A stretch of 64,000 nucleotides of DNA from an uncultured delta proteobacterium. Its GTDB lineage: Bacteria; Desulfobacterota; Syntrophorhabdia; Syntrophorhabdales; WCHB1-27. Below are positions 21,282 through 30,117 of the stretch, one piece after another. Both the position numbers and the translations under genes were made by a program. Where the stretch lies: contig CAWEPK010000008.1 in the NCBI GenBank assembly GCA_963810935.1, positions 1 to 64,000 of the forward strand, given 5' to 3'. Position 1 is the stretch's first letter. The number at the start of each line of letters is the position of its first letter. Below the pieces are notes generated by a model. That model saw nothing but the letters and a program-made list of their open reading frames with translations, was not told where the DNA came from and ran no database searches.

Positions 21282-21734
21282 ATGAAGGAATTCGAGCCCA
21301 ACATTGTTGCGTATTGTTGCGAGTACTGCGGGTATGCCGCAGCCGACCTTGCCGGCTCCATGCGGATTTCGTATCCCGCCAACGTGAAGATCGTCAAGAT
21401 CCCGTGCACCGGCAGGTTCGACATCATCCACGCACTTAAGGCCTTCGAGTCGGGTGCGGACGGGGTCTTCCTCGTTGGATGTCTCGAAGGGAATTGTCAT
21501 TTCGAGACAGGGAACCTGCGGGCCAAAAAGCGGGTCGAACATCTCCGCCGCCTGCTGGACGAGTGCGGGATAGGCGGCGACCGCTCGGGCATGTACAACA
21601 TGTCTTCCGCAATGGGCAGGCAGTTCGCGGAAGCGGCACGCGAGATCACGGAAAAGGTAAGGTCGCTTGGACCCAACCCTGCGAGGAAAGCGAGGAAGAG
21701 GGGCGGCGAACACACCGTCGGGGCAGCCCTGTAG
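21282..21734 (+). CDS. mvhD: MvhD/FlpD-type [2Fe-2S] hydrogenase delta subunit, Cys form
   Basis: CCEYCGYAAADLAG, PCTGR and GADGVFLVGCLEGNCHF. Confidence 0.9.
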   Translation: MKEFEPNIVAYCCEYCGYAAADLAGSMRISYPANVKIVKIPCTGRFDIIHALKAFESGADGVFLVGCLEGNCHFETGNLRAKKRVEHLRRLLDECGIGGDRSGMYNMSSAMGRQFAEAAREITEKVRSLGPNPARKARKRGGEHTVGAAL

Positions 21735-21782
21735 CCGGAAGCAACCGCCGGGGGCTTATCCTGCCCGGCCCCTTAGCGGCTA

Positions 21783-21811
21783 TTGACTTTGCGCGGGTGC
21801 CCTTATACTAT
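21783..21811 (+). promoter_or_regulatory. sigma70 promoter for leader C
   Basis: TTGACT-N17-TACTAT. Confidence 0.7.
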
Positions 21812-21844
21812 ATATGTGGCCGGTGCAATCGCCGGCAGGATAAA

Positions 21845-21946
21845 ATGATGAAAATATACGGGATAATATTTGTTCCATTGAGCTGAGAAGCGAGCGGGAG
21901 GCCCGTGAGGTCTCCACTTCCGTCCGCTGCCGCTTCACCGCCCTGA
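21845..21946 (+). CDS. Putative selenocysteine leader peptide C (MMKIYGIIFVPLS-U-EASGRPVRSPLPSAAASPP)
   Basis: SD AGGA; TGA 21884-21886; then 10 nt and GGAGGCC-CGTGA-GGTCTCC; second TGA 21944-21946. Confidence 0.7.
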
Positions 21947-21960
21947 CCCTTCTTTTTTGG

Positions 21961-22019
21961 ACCTCTCGGGAAATCCGGGCGCGAAGATGTCGCGGCCGGA
22001 TTTTTTGTCTCCGGGAGGT
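21961..22019 (+). terminator. Terminator / SD-sequestering hairpin upstream of the double-cubane reductase gene
   Basis: AAATCCGG.GCGCGA-AGATG-TCGCG.GCCGGATTTTTT; the outer ACCTCTCGG pairs with CCGGGAGGT, which contains the SD. Confidence 0.7.
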
Positions 22020-22023
22020 TTAA

Positions 22024-23211
22024 ATGCCTGACAGCAATCAAATATATCCATATGCGGTCGAGCCGCTGATCGAGGACGACTACGCAGGCGAGCCGCCCGC
22101 CAAGCGCCTCCTTGCGTATCTTCAGAGCCGGCGCGAGGCCGGCTCTAAGATCGTGGGCATCTACTGCGGCTACGCGCCGGTAGAGATAATCCGCGCCCTC
22201 GGCCTCGTGCCCGCTTCGCTCTGCGCGTTCTCAAACGCGACGATAGAAGCTGCTGAGGCGGTGCTGCCCGCCAACCTTTGTCCCCTTATAAAATCGAGCT
22301 ACGGCTTTATCATGAAAGACGCCTGTCCTTTCTTTGCGGTCTCCGACGCGGTGGTGGCCGAGACGACGTGCGACGGCAAGAAGAAGATGTTCGAGCTGAT
22401 CGCAGACCGCAAGCCGATGCACGTCATGGACCTGCCGCAGGTGCCGGACGAGCCGGAGGCGCTCGACAACTGGACCACGATGATCCGCAAGCTTCAGAGG
22501 TTCCTCGAATCCGTGTTCGGCGGCAAGGCAACCGACGAACAGATAGAGTCTGCCATCCATGACACGAACGAGAAGGCCCGGCGCATGAATGAGATATTCG
22601 AATACGCGGCCCTCAACCCGCCGGTGATAGGGTGGCCCGAGCTTTATGACGCCCTTTTCCTGGGCCAGGGCGCATCGGGGGCCGACCTCGCGCCCATACT
22701 CGACGGGATGCTTGAGAAGCTCGAAAAACGAAAACGCGACGGTTACGTCTATGGGCCGAAAGGCGCGCCCAGGGTCATGGTGACGGGGTGTCCCGTAGGC
22801 GGTGATTCGCTAAAGGTGCTTACGGCGATAGAAGAGGCGGGAGGGGTAGTCGTCGCACTCGATTCATGCTCCGGCATGAAGCCCTACGCGGACTACATCG
22901 AAGAAGGCACGGGGGACCCCGTGCGCGCGATGGCTGCGCGATACCTGAAGGTCCCGTGCTCCTGCATGACGCCGAACAGGCGCCGGCTCACGGAGATTGA
23001 CAGGCTTATCGAAAAGTTCAGGCCGGACGCGGTCGTGGACGTAGTCCTCCAGGGGTGCCATTCGTACAACATAGAATCGATCAAGGTGGGTGAGAGGGTG
23101 CGGACGAACCACGGCCTGCCTTTTCTCACCGTAGTCACCGATTACTCACAGGGCGATATCGGGCAGATGCGGACGCGAATGGAGGCTCTTCTGGAAATGT
23201 GCAGGCAATGA
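22024..23211 (+). CDS. Double-cubane-cluster reductase (2-hydroxyacyl-CoA dehydratase D family)
   Basis: YCGYAP, LCPLIKSSYG, CPFF, ETTCDGKKKM, DSCSG, PCSCMTPN and GCHSY. Confidence 0.85.
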   Translation: MPDSNQIYPYAVEPLIEDDYAGEPPAKRLLAYLQSRREAGSKIVGIYCGYAPVEIIRALGLVPASLCAFSNATIEAAEAVLPANLCPLIKSSYGFIMKDACPFFAVSDAVVAETTCDGKKKMFELIADRKPMHVMDLPQVPDEPEALDNWTTMIRKLQRFLESVFGGKATDEQIESAIHDTNEKARRMNEIFEYAALNPPVIGWPELYDALFLGQGASGADLAPILDGMLEKLEKRKRDGYVYGPKGAPRVMVTGCPVGGDSLKVLTAIEEAGGVVVALDSCSGMKPYADYIEEGTGDPVRAMAARYLKVPCSCMTPNRRRLTEIDRLIEKFRPDAVVDVVLQGCHSYNIESIKVGERVRTNHGLPFLTVVTDYSQGDIGQMRTRMEALLEMCRQ

Positions 23212-24390
23212 AGCCCATCTATTTCGATAATGCGGCTACCTCGTGGCCCAAGCCGCCCGCTGTGATAGAGGCGATGGCGCAGGTTCAACGACGCGGTAGG
23301 GGGCAACCCCGGCCGCTCCGGCCACAGGCTTTCCATCGAGGCGGCCCGCGTAGTCTTCGAGGCGAGGGAGCTTGTGGCGCAGCTTATCGGCGCCCCCGAC
23401 CCGCTCTCTGTCGTTTTCACGAAGAACGCAACGGAGGCGCTCAACTGCGTCCTTCTCGGCCTGCTCAAACCGGGCGACCACGTTGTCACGACGTCCATCG
23501 AGCATAATTCGGTGATGCGGCCCCTGCGCTTTCTCGAAGGGCAGGGCGTAGAGCTTTCCATTGCGCGCTGCTCGCCTGCGGGAGAGCTGGACCCGGAAGA
23601 CGCAGCGGCCTGCATGAGAAAGAATACCCGCGCCGTTGTGGCGACCCACGCCTCCAACGTCACGGGCACATTGCTTCCCATAGAGGAGCTTGCGGAAATC
23701 GCGCACCGGTACGATGCGCTCCTGGTTGCGGACGCTTCCCAGACTGCGGGCTGCGTCCCGATAGACGTTGCCGCATCGGGCATCGACGTCCTCTGTTTTA
23801 CGGGTCACAAGTCCCTCCTAGGTCCGCAGGGGACGGGCGGCTTCTACGTGCGCAAAGGGGTCGAAGAACGCCTTCTCCCGCTCATGCGGGGCGGCACGGG
23901 AAGCGCCTCCGAATCGGAGGAGCAGCCTGAGTTTTTGCCGGACAGGTTCGAGTCGGGCACACCCAACACCATCGGCCTCGCGGGACTCGCCGCAGGCGTC
24001 CGTTTCGTGCTTGACGACGGGGTAGGGCGCATCCGGGAGAGGGAGATCGGCCTGACGCGGCAGTTTCTTGAAGGGGCCGGGGCTATCCTGGGCATAACCG
24101 TTTACGGGCCGCCGGAGGCGGACCGGCGCACAGCCGTCGTCTCCTTCAACCTGAAGGGCGGGAGTCCGTCGGAGCTTGCCTTCGACCTCGACGAGCGTTT
24201 CGCCGTCCTGTGCCGTCCGGGCCTGCATTGCGCCCCTGCCGCGCATCGCACCATAGGCACCTTCCCGCAAGGGGCCGTGCGGTTCAGCTTCGGATTCTAC
24301 ACGACTGCGGATGAGGTCCGCGCCGGGCTGGCCGCTATGGCGCAATTGAGCGCCGAACACTATGCTTCCAAAGGAGGAACTAATGTCTGA
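23208..24390 (+). CDS. Cysteine desulfurase/selenocysteine lyase-family (class V PLP) enzyme; apparent 1-nt insertion near 23280
   Basis: IYFDNAATSWPKP is out of frame with NPGRSGH...EHNSV, TGHKSLLGPQG and RPGLHCAP. Confidence 0.88.
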
Positions 24391-24988
24391 GCTGGTGAAT
24401 GCGAAAGGCCTTGCCTGCCCGGAACCCGTTATACTGGCAAAAAAGGCGCTCGATGCGCATGACGAGGTTACGGTGCTGGTCGATAATGAGATGTCGCTGG
24501 AGAACGTGCAGCGCCTGGCCTCATCTTCGGGATGCGCAGTCGAGACTATAGCAGAGGCGGGCGGGGTCTTCCGTCTCGAAATAAAAAAACAGCAGGGCAA
24601 AGCGACGCCGTGCGCTGCGTCGCCGGGACCCGCGCCTGTGCAGAGCAGCCAGGGGCCTACCATATTCGTTATCGCGTCGAATATCATGGGCTACGGTAAC
24701 GACGACCTGGGCGCGCTCCTGATGAAAGCGTTCATCCATACGGCCGTTGACCTGGAACGCTTACCCGACATGATGATCTTATACAACACGGGTGTTAAGC
24801 TGGCCGCGCCGGATTCAGGCGCGCTCGACGACCTGAAGGCGCTCGAAGAGAAAGGGGTGAAGATACTCGTCTGCGGCACGTGCGTCAATTTCTTTGACCT
24901 GACAGGCAAGATCGGCGCGGGGACCGTCTCCAATATGTACGACATAGCGGGCGCGCTATCGAGTGCGGGCAGAATCGTGAAGCCTTGA
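24383..24988 (+). CDS. yedF: Selenium-metabolism protein YedF (TusA/SirA plus DsrE-like domains)
   Basis: KGLACPEPVI, YNTGVKL, LVCGTC and VSNMYDI. Confidence 0.85.
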   Translation: MSELVNAKGLACPEPVILAKKALDAHDEVTVLVDNEMSLENVQRLASSSGCAVETIAEAGGVFRLEIKKQQGKATPCAASPGPAPVQSSQGPTIFVIASNIMGYGNDDLGALLMKAFIHTAVDLERLPDMMILYNTGVKLAAPDSGALDDLKALEEKGVKILVCGTCVNFFDLTGKIGAGTVSNMYDIAGALSSAGRIVKP

Positions 24989-25224
24989 AGGAAGAGCAGA
25001 AGCAGCGTTACCTGGTTGCCATGTTCGCTTCCGTCAGCATGGTGATGAAGGCGGAAAAGATACTCAAGGCGGCGGGTGTCCCCCACAAGATAATTCCCGT
25101 ACCCAGGAGCATCAGCTCTGACTGCGGGGTCTGCATCCGCTTACTGCCCGAAGACAGGGAAACCGTAGTTGAGGCGCTCGGGGCCGAGGTGCGCGTGAGC
25201 GAGATACGCGAGCTGGAGCGATGA
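24985..25224 (+). CDS. DUF3343-family small Se/S carrier-like protein
   Basis: IPVPRSISSDCG motif; coupled to yedF. Confidence 0.8.
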   Translation: MKEEQKQRYLVAMFASVSMVMKAEKILKAAGVPHKIIPVPRSISSDCGVCIRLLPEDRETVVEALGAEVRVSEIRELER

Positions 25225-25275
25225 GGACTTGCTTATGAGCACAATGGCGTTTGCGTACGCCCGGAACGATAAGCA

Positions 25276-25735
25276 ATGACGCTCGACCTTGTGCGCCGGG
25301 TGGCGCTCTCACCCCGTTTGTATATACCTGTACGGCTCGGCCTTGCCGTTCTTTTTATCTATGCGGGCGCGGTAAAGCTCGCTGACCCGAGGGCGTTTGC
25401 CCGCACCATCTCCCACTACGGCCTCGTACCCGAACCCCTGCTGCCCACCGTTGCAGTGGGGCTGCCGGTAATGAGAGCTGCTCGCCGGTATTGCGCTGTT
25501 GTTAAATCTGGTGCCCGGCCTGCACGCCGTATCCGTCCTTCTTTTGCTCTTTGCCGGCGTCCTCGGCTACGGTTACTTCACCAATATGGATATAGACTGC
25601 GGCTGCTTCGGACAGCAGGAGCTGGCGGAGCACAAAGGCCTCGTTTATGCTTTTTATCGCGACCTCGGGCTTCTCGCAACGGTCGCGTTTCTTCACTGGT
25701 CGCGCATTGCGCGCAGCAGACCCGTTTCAAAATAA
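25276..25735 (+). CDS. MauE/DoxX-family membrane protein; apparent 1-nt insertion near 25473
   Basis: The FIYAGAVKLADP...GLPV frame joins the ELLAGIALL...IDCGCFG frame. Confidence 0.8.
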
Positions 25736-25755
25736 CAGACTGAGGGAGGTTTAAA

Positions 25756-26268
25756 ATGACGTTGAAAAAGACGGTTGTTGCGGCCCTGGTTGTTGCGGGT
25801 ATATTTTGCTTCGCAGGGTCGGGTAAGGCCCTGGCCGCATGGGGAGACAAGGAACTGGAGACGGAAAAAACGGCGGTTGCCTTCCAGCGGGAGGTTGTAA
25901 GGGGCGCATACAAGGTCGTGACGACCGAAGAATTGAAAGGCTGGATCGACCAGAAGAAGGAGATGCTGATCGTCGATACGATGCCCGCCGACAACTTCAA
26001 GAAAGAGCATATACCGGGGGCCGTCAACTTCCCCCTGCCTATCCCCGAAATGAAAGAGATGGACGCAAAGACGAAGGCCGATCTCGAGAAAGTCCTGGGG
26101 CAGAACAAAGACCGGCTGATTGTTTTCTATTGCGGCTTCACGAAATGCACGCGGAGTCATAACGGTGCGATGTGGGCGGTGAAGCTGGGCTACAAGAACG
26201 TTTACAGGCAGCCCGGAGGCATCAAGGCGTGGGATGAGGCGGGGTATCCAGTGGAGAAGTCTAAATAG
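25756..26268 (+). CDS. Exported rhodanese-like sulfur/selenium transferase
   Basis: Signal peptide; HIPGA, FYCGFTKCTRSH and GGIKAW. Confidence 0.88.
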   Translation: MTLKKTVVAALVVAGIFCFAGSGKALAAWGDKELETEKTAVAFQREVVRGAYKVVTTEELKGWIDQKKEMLIVDTMPADNFKKEHIPGAVNFPLPIPEMKEMDAKTKADLEKVLGQNKDRLIVFYCGFTKCTRSHNGAMWAVKLGYKNVYRQPGGIKAWDEAGYPVEKSK

Positions 26269-26281
26269 GCGGAAAGCCCCC

Positions 26282-26968
26282 TCAAGGGTACCATTTCACG
26301 AGCTTCTCCGGGTGGACGCCCGCCAGGTAAAGCACCATGATCGTCCAATTCCGCAGTGTGCATCCGGCAATGCCTTCTTTTTGCCAGCGGCGGGCGGAGG
26401 TCTGCACCTTTTTATCGATTATGCAGATCTTCCCGCCGCGTTTTTTTACCCTGCGCATCAGGTCTACATCTTCCATGATCGGCATGTCGCCGTAGGCGCC
26501 GATGTCCGTAAAGTAGTCGCGGGCTATAAAGATAGCCTGGTCCCCGTAAGGTACGCGCGTCAGGCGCGAGCGCATGCTCGATATCTGCTCGATGACGCGG
26601 AACACGCATCGGCTGTCGCTTATCCCAAGGTCGAACGCCCCGGCCGCGAATTGCCCGTCCGCCATTACCGACGCGACTTTTTCGAGTCCGCCGGCAGGGA
26701 GCGCCGTATCCACGTGGAGGAATAGAAGCACGTCGCCATGCGCGGCAGCGGCCCCGGCGTTCATCTGGGCGGCGCGTCCTTTCGCGGAGACAATGCCGTG
26801 CGCACCGCCCCTGATAGCGCTCACGGTCTCGCCTCCAGGGCTTCCGTCCACCACGATGATCTCTACCGTCCCTTCCGGCGTTTGCGCAGCCTGGGCGGCA
26901 AGGCGGCCTATCGCGTCATTGACTATCGCCTCTTCATGGAAGACGGGGATAATGACGGAGATGCTCAC
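26282..26968 (-). CDS. GT2 glycosyltransferase, rSAM/selenodomain-associated transferase 2 type
   Basis: ISVIIPV, VVDGSP, GRAAQMNAGA, LFLHVD, PYGDQAIF and TSARRW. Confidence 0.85.
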   Translation of the reverse strand: MSISVIIPVFHEEAIVNDAIGRLAAQAAQTPEGTVEIIVVDGSPGGETVSAIRGGAHGIVSAKGRAAQMNAGAAAAHGDVLLFLHVDTALPAGGLEKVASVMADGQFAAGAFDLGISDSRCVFRVIEQISSMRSRLTRVPYGDQAIFIARDYFTDIGAYGDMPIMEDVDLMRRVKKRGGKICIIDKKVQTSARRWQKEGIAGCTLRNWTIMVLYLAGVHPEKLVKWYP

Positions 26969-27645
26969 GGCTTGCCGAGCCTCTCCCTTACGAAATCGAG
27001 GGACGCGAGGACGCCGGACGGCAGATGTTTGTTGCGTTCCCGGAAGGCAAGAAGGTCGTCGTAGACATCGATGTCTCTCCAGACCGGCAGGATATGGACG
27101 CAGAGGCCGTGCCTTTTGAGCACGGCTATTGTCGTGTCGAATACGCCCGGTGCCCCCCATTCTACCCCTGAGAAAGGCGCATCGATCAGGGTCGCTGGCC
27201 GGAAGCCTATGAGGTAGTATCCACCGTCCGCTGCGGGGCCGATGACAACGTCCCGCGTCCGCAATCCCTCGAATGCCTCTTTCAGTAAGACAGATGGGAG
27301 GTCTGGGAAGTCGCTGCCTATGAGGACGGCCCGGGCGCAGCCCGAAAGGGCCTGCGCGAGCGCGGAGAACATCCTCTGTCCGAGGTCGGCCCCGGCCTGG
27401 GGCAGACACGTTATATCATCGCCGAGCCAAGCTGCGACGTCCTCTCGCGCGTCCGGCGGATGGAAGCGGACGAGCGGGGGGTAGCCCGCCTTGCGGGCGG
27501 TTGCCAGGATATCGGAGACACAGGCGCCATAAAAGGCCGCGGCATCGTCGTCGCCTATCTTTCGTGCAAGCCTCGTTTTGACCCGGCCTTTTTCGGGGAG
27601 CCTGACAAAAACGATCAGCCGTTCATCAGATGGCTGGTTTATCAT
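26965..27645 (-). CDS. DUF2064 transferase, rSAM/selenodomain-associated transferase 1 type
   Basis: GRVKTRL, DLGQRM, IGSDFP, GPAADGGYYLIG and DID. Confidence 0.85.
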   Translation of the reverse strand: MINQPSDERLIVFVRLPEKGRVKTRLARKIGDDDAAAFYGACVSDILATARKAGYPPLVRFHPPDAREDVAAWLGDDITCLPQAGADLGQRMFSALAQALSGCARAVLIGSDFPDLPSVLLKEAFEGLRTRDVVIGPAADGGYYLIGFRPATLIDAPFSGVEWGAPGVFDTTIAVLKRHGLCVHILPVWRDIDVYDDLLAFRERNKHLPSGVLASLDFVRERLGKP

Positions 27646-27651
27646 CGGCCC

Positions 27652-28609
27652 TCACGCTGTCTGGCCCTGGCACGAGCTCGCCCGCGCCCGCCGTGCACCC
27701 GTAGCAGTGGTCGCCGACGACGATGCGCCGGGCGGCAAGCGCGCCCGTATCGAAATCGGAGATGTGGTATGGAGCGCCGTGGTTTATCGTCAGGCCGAGG
27801 ACCTGATTGAAGTCGCAGTCGTAGAGGCTGCCGTCCCAGCCTACCGAGACGGTCGATTTGCACATCACGCCGCTCAAACTCGCCGGGTTGAAGGCAGCGA
27901 TAAGACTCTTCATATAATCCTCGTAATTGCCCGATGCGAGAAGATACTCAAGGTAGCGTCCTATGGGCATGTTCGTTATGCAGAAGAGATGGTTGAAGCT
28001 TACCCCGTGACGCTCGGCGAGGACCTGCCTGAAAAGCGCCTCAAGCCCTGCCTGCGATCCGGGGAGATATGCGCCTGCCGGGTTGTGCACGAGATCGAGG
28101 ACCAGTCCGCTGCCCTCCCGCCCGTAGCCGAGGGCGTTGAGACGGGCAATGACTCCGATCAGACCGGTGAAGACGCCTTCACCCCTCTGGCGCTCGGTCA
28201 GCCTGGGATCGACGTGGGGCAGGGAAAGGACGACCTCGATCCCGGTGGCTGCGTAAAGATCGATGAACGGCTCGTATCTCTTTTCCAGAAGGACGACGCC
28301 GTTGCTTCGCACGAGGACGCGCCGCCCGAGGGCGGCACATGCCTGCAAAAAAGGCCGCAGGCCGGGATGCAACTCCGGGCTGCCCCCCGTTATATCGACT
28401 ACGGGGATGTCCTGGCTGCGCACCACTTCGAGGCACTGCTCCATCACCCTATCCGGCATCACTTCCGACCGTTCGGGACCTGCCTGCACGTGGCAATGCC
28501 TGCATTGGAGGTTGCACCGGTAGCCGACGTTCACCTGGAGGACGCCGATGCCCGAGGCCATGATCGGCACCCGCGCCTTGTCCTCGAACGATGGTGAGAC
28601 TTTCGACAT
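27652..28609 (-). CDS. arsS: ArsS-like radical SAM/Cys-rich protein, Cys form; apparent 1-nt insertion near 27680
   Basis: CNLQCRHCH, DITGGSPEL and YDCDFNQ; removing one base restores the C-terminus HCYGCTAGAGSSCQG. Confidence 0.85.
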
Positions 28610-28617
28610 CCTCACTT

Positions 28618-28950
28618 TTACATCTCCTTCTTCCTGACTATCTTCCTCATCTGGGTAGAGTGCGCAAGGACTATACCGGCAGTCATGGCGGCGCCCACGT
28701 GGACGGCCTCCATCATCTCTTCCCTGGATATGCCCAGAGACAGGCAGTGGTTCGTGTACGCGTCGATGCAGTAGGGGCATTTCTGCGTAGTCGCGACTGC
28801 CAGGGCTATAAGGCTCTTTTCTTTCTCGGTCAGGCGTCCCGCTTTCATTGCCTCGCCGTAATAATCAAAATACTTCTCCCCGAGCGCCGGCGCGTACTCA
28901 CCGATATTCGGAAAGTCTTCAAGGTCCTTCGTCTCGTAGTATTCTCCCAT
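28618..28950 (-). CDS. AhpD/CMD-like peroxidase associated with ArsS
   Basis: EKSLIALAVA..QKCPYCIDAY. Confidence 0.85.
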   Translation of the reverse strand: MGEYYETKDLEDFPNIGEYAPALGEKYFDYYGEAMKAGRLTEKEKSLIALAVATTQKCPYCIDAYTNHCLSLGISREEMMEAVHVGAAMTAGIVLAHSTQMRKIVRKKEM

Positions 28951-28964
28951 AAATATGCCTCCTT

Positions 28965-29402
28965 TCACGATATTTTTGAAGTACCGCCCCATCGCGCAAC
29001 TGCCGCGCCGGGAATCCACACGAGGTTTGCCGTACCCAGAAGGCAGAGCAAAATCATATCGATCTGCCATAGGGAGAGGAAGCCAAGATGAAAGCCGTCC
29101 CTGAAAAGGGCGGCGGGCACGATGAGCAGGGCTTGTGTGGCCGGTGTATATCCTGCAAAGAGTATGGCGGCGGCAAGCAGCTCCAGGAGCAGGAAGACGA
29201 CGAGCCGGATCTGCCGCCGGGCAGCGCCGAAGGCTGTTGCGAAGACAGCCGTCAAAAGGGGTATCGCGTGCCCGGTTGTCAGGCGCATCTCCAGCCATAT
29301 GAACCGATTAAGGATGAGGGCCAGGCAGAGACCCGCAACCATGCCGGCAAGGGCGGCTTTTATATAGTTGCGGACCGTTCCTGGCTGACAGTTATCGGGC
29401 AA
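28965..29402 (-). CDS. Hypothetical integral membrane protein
   Basis: About four hydrophobic segments; sits within the operon. Confidence 0.6.
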   Translation of the reverse strand: MPDNCQPGTVRNYIKAALAGMVAGLCLALILNRFIWLEMRLTTGHAIPLLTAVFATAFGAARRQIRLVVFLLLELLAAAILFAGYTPATQALLIVPAALFRDGFHLGFLSLWQIDMILLCLLGTANLVWIPGAAVARWGGTSKIS

Positions 29403-29420
29403 AAGTCTTCCCTCCCCTGC

Positions 29421-30062
29421 CTATCTTGCGGCCTTGAAGGTAATGATTACGAGCGTGCCGTCAGGCGGAAGCACTTCCCTGTTGCCCATGAGGGAAACTT
29501 CTTTCCGCGACTCGATGGCCCCGTAGGTATACGTCGCGTTGCTAGTTATGCCGACCGGGCAACTGTCCAGGCACATGAGGCAGCCTGTCTTCATGTCCAT
29601 CGCTGCCTGGAGGTTCCCACCGAAACGGATAACGAGCGGCTTGCCGCTGCTGTCCTTGATCGCCTCGTCGATGCGGTAGACCTTCGGCGCGCCTTTCCAC
29701 GTCACGAAGACGTCGAGCCTGTCCCCCTGGACGTGGGTCTTCTCTTTGTTGTCCCACGTCACGTTGTTCCCCGGCGTCAGGCCGAGCTTCACGAGGGCGT
29801 CGTAAAAGGGCTTCGGTTCCGCAAAGGCGGCAAAGACCGATTTGCCCCCATTCGACCCTCCCTTGAAGACTACCCCGTGCCGGGTCGTCTGAACGAGGTA
29901 CTTTCCGTTGACCTGGGCGAGGACGGAGACGCTACGGGCTTTCATATCGATGACGAGCGGGTTGTTTGGCGTGGGGCCTGTCTCCTGTGAGAACGCGGGT
30001 ATCGCCGTAAACGCCGCGAGCAGGGCGACGGCCAGGGCCCATACGAAAAAGTGTTTCTTCAT
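29421..30062 (-). CDS. YdjY-family exported protein
   Basis: Signal peptide; TRHGVVFKGGSNG and GCLMCLDSCPVGITSN. Confidence 0.75.
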   Translation of the reverse strand: MKKHFFVWALAVALLAAFTAIPAFSQETGPTPNNPLVIDMKARSVSVLAQVNGKYLVQTTRHGVVFKGGSNGGKSVFAAFAEPKPFYDALVKLGLTPGNNVTWDNKEKTHVQGDRLDVFVTWKGAPKVYRIDEAIKDSSGKPLVIRFGGNLQAAMDMKTGCLMCLDSCPVGITSNATYTYGAIESRKEVSLMGNREVLPPDGTLVIITFKAAR

Positions 30063-30117
30063 ACTTGTTCCTCCTGGTGACTTGGTTTTGTCTTTTTGTC
30101 GGGTATCTGCACGGCTC

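Noticed and set aside
21845..21886. Ile-rich (three ATA codons) leader as a branched-chain amino-acid attenuator
   Set aside because: ATA is common in this sequence and the downstream genes are not ilv/leu. The TGA-plus-hairpin geometry shared with three other leaders explains it better.
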